From: Folioceros fuciformis
Lineage: Eukaryota
Length of the DNA stretch: 54,972 bases
Assembly (NCBI GenBank): GCA_049999805.1
Contig: JBNGIO010006379.1
Location: 856,177-911,148 of the forward strand
Direction of reading: 5' to 3'
Below the pieces are notes generated by a model. The model had not been told where the DNA came from, ran no database searches, and was given only the letters and a program-made list of their open reading frames with translations. This document shows, in pieces, positions 51,470 to 54,972 of the stretch. Position 1 is the first letter of the stretch, and every line of letters begins with the position of its first letter. The position numbers and the translations under genes were made by a program.

Positions 51470-53447
51470 ATGGCGGTTCTTGTGTACGTTTTGTTCCTGC
51501 TGTGCTGGTGTGGATCAGCCAACGCCGTGCTGTCCACAGGATATTACGATCAACAGTGCCCAGGCGTGGAGGCGCTCATTAGAGCTCGCGTGCAGGAGTA
51601 TTACAACAACGACACGCGCGTGGGCCCTGGTCTGCTGCGTCTCCATTTTCATGACTGCATGGTTCGGGTATGTACGTCGCACCGTGCTTGGAGCGGGATG
51701 ATTTCTAGATGGACGCCGACTCTCTTGCTAACCCTGTCCCGTTCGTGTGTCTTCTTGCAGGGATGCGACGCGTCTATCTTGTTGGAACCCCCTGAGGGCG
51801 TGCAAGGGGAGTTGGCTTCCGATTTGAATGCTGGAATGAGGTTCCTCGACGTTATCTATGATATCAAAGCGTTAGTCGAAAGATTGTGTCCCGGTGTCGT
51901 GACCTGTGCTGATATTCTAGCGTTCGCCGCTCGAGACAGCGTCAATCTGGTCAGGATCTTCTTTCGTCAAGTCGATGTCTGGATTTCATTTCGTTTCAGG
52001 ATAGACAACGTCTCTTACATCCGAGTTGCGTACGTGCAGGCAGGAGGGCCAGTGTGGGAGGCGGAGTCCGGTAGGTTAGACGGATTTGTTACCTTGAAAG
52101 CGGATGCAGACGCAGCTCTTCCGGCACCGAATATGACGCTTCGTGAGCTTGAAGCTAAATTCAGCGAGATCGGCATTTCCTTGGAACAGATGGTGACATT
52201 ATCTGGTACTGCTACGCGTGCTTCATTCTTCGTTTGGAACTGTGTAGGTGTGTTCTAGCTCTAGATTTATTGATGAGGTGTTTCATCTGTGATTGCCTTG
52301 ATCAGGCGCACACACCGTGGGTCAAGCGCGCTGTTCTACTTTCCTGGACAGATTAGAACCCCGCATTGCACCTGACTTGGATATCGGTTATGGGATTTCA
52401 CTTCAAAGACAGTGCAGATCTGATAACCTTACGGGAGACCTTCATCACGAAACTAGAGTATTTTTGGATGTTGCAACTCCTACGCTGTTTGATGATCAAT
52501 ATTTCAGTAATCTGGCAAGACGACGAGGTCTTCTTGATTCTGATCAATTGCTTTTCGAAGAGAATAGCACAACAGCACTTGTACGAAGATACATGAGAAA
52601 TAGACCACTATTTTTCGCAAATTTTGCACAGGCTATTCTTTCTCTTGGCCGAGTTGGTGTACGGTTGCAAGGCGACAGCCAAGCAGAGATTCGACTTGAT
52701 TGCCGAAGAACGAATCCTACTGCTTTTGGCAACAGTACTCGTTCTGGCAACGATACGCACGACAGTACTCCTTCAGTCAACAATATTCCTCGTGGCAACA
52801 ACACCGCTCCTGGCAACTATATTACTCCTGGCAACTATACTACTCCAGGCAACAATACCGCTGCAGGCAACCATACCGCTCCAGGCAACTATACCACTAC
52901 TCCAGGCAACAATACCGATGCAGGCAACCATACCGCTCCAGGAAACCATCTCGCTCCAGGCTACCACCTCGCTCCAGGCAACAATACCGCTTCAGGCAAC
53001 CATCCCACTCCAGGCAACAATAGCGCTTCAGGCAACAACACCGCTGCAGGCAACCATACCGCTCCAGGGTTCCATACCGCTCCGGGCAACCATCTCGCTC
53101 CAGGCAACCATACTGGTCCAGGCAACTATCGCACTCCAGGCAACAGCAGTACTGCTCCAGGCAACAATAGCGCTTCAGGCAACAACACCGCTCCAGGCAA
53201 TTATATTATCCCAGGCAACTACACTACTCCAGGCAACAATACCGCTGCAGGCAACCATACTGCTCCAGGGTTCCATACCTCTCCGGGCAACCATCTCGCT
53301 CCAGGCAACCATACTGGTCCAGGCAACTATCCCACTCGAGGCAACAGTACTGCTCCAGGCAACAATACCGCTCCGAGCAACAATACCACTTCAGGCAACA
53401 ATACCGCTTCAGGCGACGTTATCGCTTATCACATTTTGACAATGTAA
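51470..53447 (+). CDS. Class III secretory peroxidase with long repetitive C-terminal extension; exons 51470 (or 51410)-51667, 51761-51949, 52040-52205, 52306-53447
   Basis: Signal peptide, [31 protein letters not shown] (distal His), CPGVVTCADILAFAARD, GRLDG, LSGAHTVGQARC (proximal His), TPTLFDDQYF and EIRLDC. Canonical 3-intron layout. Confidence 0.95.
52788..53415 (+). repeat. Coding 18-bp minisatellite, about 35 units (consensus CCAGGCAACMATACYGCT = PGN[NH]TA)
   Basis: In frame with peroxidase exon 4; unit-length variants are +3 nt and preserve the frame. Confidence 0.95.
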
Positions 53448-54580
53448 TTCACTCTTTACCTTCTAACTGATTTGATATAGAATAACTTTACTTATTATGC
53501 CATGATTTTGGCGTAGTACATGATGTTGAAGATGTATTGTATGAACTCCTTGTGAATGTATAATAGATCAATAAAATGATTTTTAATATTTCTTCTTCTT
53601 TTTTTCTGATTTAGATATAAATAAAAAAATTATATGTCTTTTATTATTTTTATATATAATATATATTTTAATGATAGTTTAAAATAACAGTCAAGTTAGA
53701 AAAGATAAAATGCAGAAACATGACGTGTCCAACGTGTTTATCAAATTTGAAGGAGTAATATGAACTGTTCCAATATTGTCCTCTAAGACAATCAAAGACT
53801 ATGAAGCATGATTAGCAAGCGATATACGTTCATGACATACATTACATCATGACTACTAAACACTTCAATCACTTACTCATATCGTTGAGGAATGACGTAC
53901 ACAATGACTTGTACACACTACTGCATCTAGGAGTCTACCATATGAACAACTGGTCCCATAAATCTAATTCTATTTTGTTGATGGATTGAAGTTCAATGTT
54001 ATTAGAATGACCAATGTAATATTATATATTTTATTCTCTAAAGAATTATATTTAAAGCTATAAAAATATGTGTAGACCCAACAACGAACGTCTTTCTTAA
54101 AACAAGAAGAAGACGAAGACTTTATTAAAAAAACAGCATCTATTCGATTTAAACAATGAAGTGAAGAGAAGACCGAAAGTAAACGGATCCGGTGTACGAC
54201 ACACCTCCCCTGTTGAGCACAGGTTTTTAACAAGCGGGGTAGTATAACACTAAACGGGAACTTCCCGCTCGAGAAGAAACGCGCCGCGGAAGCAAGTCAA
54301 GTGTTCAGTTGGTAGTTGCTGGCGGAAAGGGCGTTACAGCGCGCACACGAGCGCACTGAAGTCGCTGGTGCCAAGACACCATACCAGCGCCCAGAGCCAG
54401 CCACCCAAGATTCCCGACAACTCGCTTATGCATCTCCCACTCCTGCCAGAGATCCGGGTGCCCTTTTGCGCAGGCGGCTGGAATCATCAGGACTGCCGCC
54501 TCCTGGATTAGCCCAGGATGCTGCAGTGATACCCGTGGCCACCACAATTCTGCAGGAGGGAAATAGCGGAAGAGGATCAG

Positions 54581-54972
54581 ATGAACAGGAGGAGGATGGA
54601 CCCCAGGCACCAGAGCCGCTTGGTGATGCAGCAGCAGCAGCAGGCGCTTATCCGCTCGCAGCTGGCGCAGGCGGCCGCAACCATGCCCCCGGAGCAGCTG
54701 AATGCGTACATGGTGGCGTGGCACGGGCACGGGCACGGTCACGGGCATGGCGGACCAGTGCGGGGAGGAGCAGGAGGAGGTGGGCGAGCAGCGGGGCCGG
54801 GCCCTGGACCTATCCCCAGCCTCTCTTCAGGCCAGGGCTTCTACACTGTGGAGTCGCTGCAGGGAACCACGGCCGTGCCGCCCCAGGCTGTAATTGCGCA
54901 CAGCGGGCACGGGCTGATGAACATGCGGGCTCCCCTGGCACAGCCCGCCTTTGACGGGCATCATCCGGTGCA
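54581..54972 (+). CDS. Possible 5' part of an unidentified gene running off the window (Q/H/G-rich N-terminus)
   Basis: Open frame from ATG 54581: MNRRRMDPRHQSRLVMQQQQQALIR...HGHGHGHGHGG...FDGHHPV. The overlapping frame 54316-54954 is also open, so the true frame is ambiguous. Confidence 0.35.
   Translation, partial: MNRRRMDPRHQSRLVMQQQQQALIRSQLAQAAATMPPEQLNAYMVAWHGHGHGHGHGGPVRGGAGGGGRAAGPGPGPIPSLSSGQGFYTVESLQGTTAVPPQAVIAHSGHGLMNMRAPLAQPAFDGHHPV

Noticed and set aside
52788-53415. CRISPR-like array
   Set aside because: Contiguous coding tandem repeat without unique spacers, in a eukaryotic gene.
52624-53439. 271-aa alternative-frame ORF (LQATIP repeats)
   Set aside because: Shadow frame of the stop-free 18-bp peroxidase repeat, with no ATG start.

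Overview
Eukaryotic nuclear DNA from a compact, gene-dense land-plant genome. It has GT-AG introns mostly 80-150 bp, GC-rich exons, pentamer microsatellites and four N-gaps. Gene content and intron sizes suggest a non-seed plant (hornwort or lycophyte; inference only). Roughly 1-10 kb is AT-rich decayed DNA: short LRR remnants, a disabled MULE/SWIM transposase-like gene, an orphan two-exon ORF and a DCN1-like pseudogene. From 10 kb onward the genes are: GT61 glycosyltransferase (+), plastid ribosomal protein L10 (+), CAT6/7-type amino-acid transporter (-) with a 62-codon upstream ORF, tRNA-Asp(GTC) (-), ARC6 (-), VPS28 (+), SHOU4-like (-), a four-exon GASA/Snakin peptide missed by the ORF track (+), SEC14/CRAL-TRIO (-), an At1g53760-like gene with a GC-AG intron (-), complex I 75-kDa subunit (+), BBR/BPC factor (+), Spinster-like MFS transporter (-), a decayed LRR receptor kinase (-), a class III peroxidase with a long hexapeptide-repeat tail (+), and a possible gene start at the right edge. 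The most unusual signals are the peroxidase tail (about 35 hexapeptide units, about 25 N-glycosylation sequons), the CAT uORF, and the tRNA 159 nt downstream of the ARC6 stop on the same strand. Family calls come from recalled motifs and manual splicing; no searches were run.
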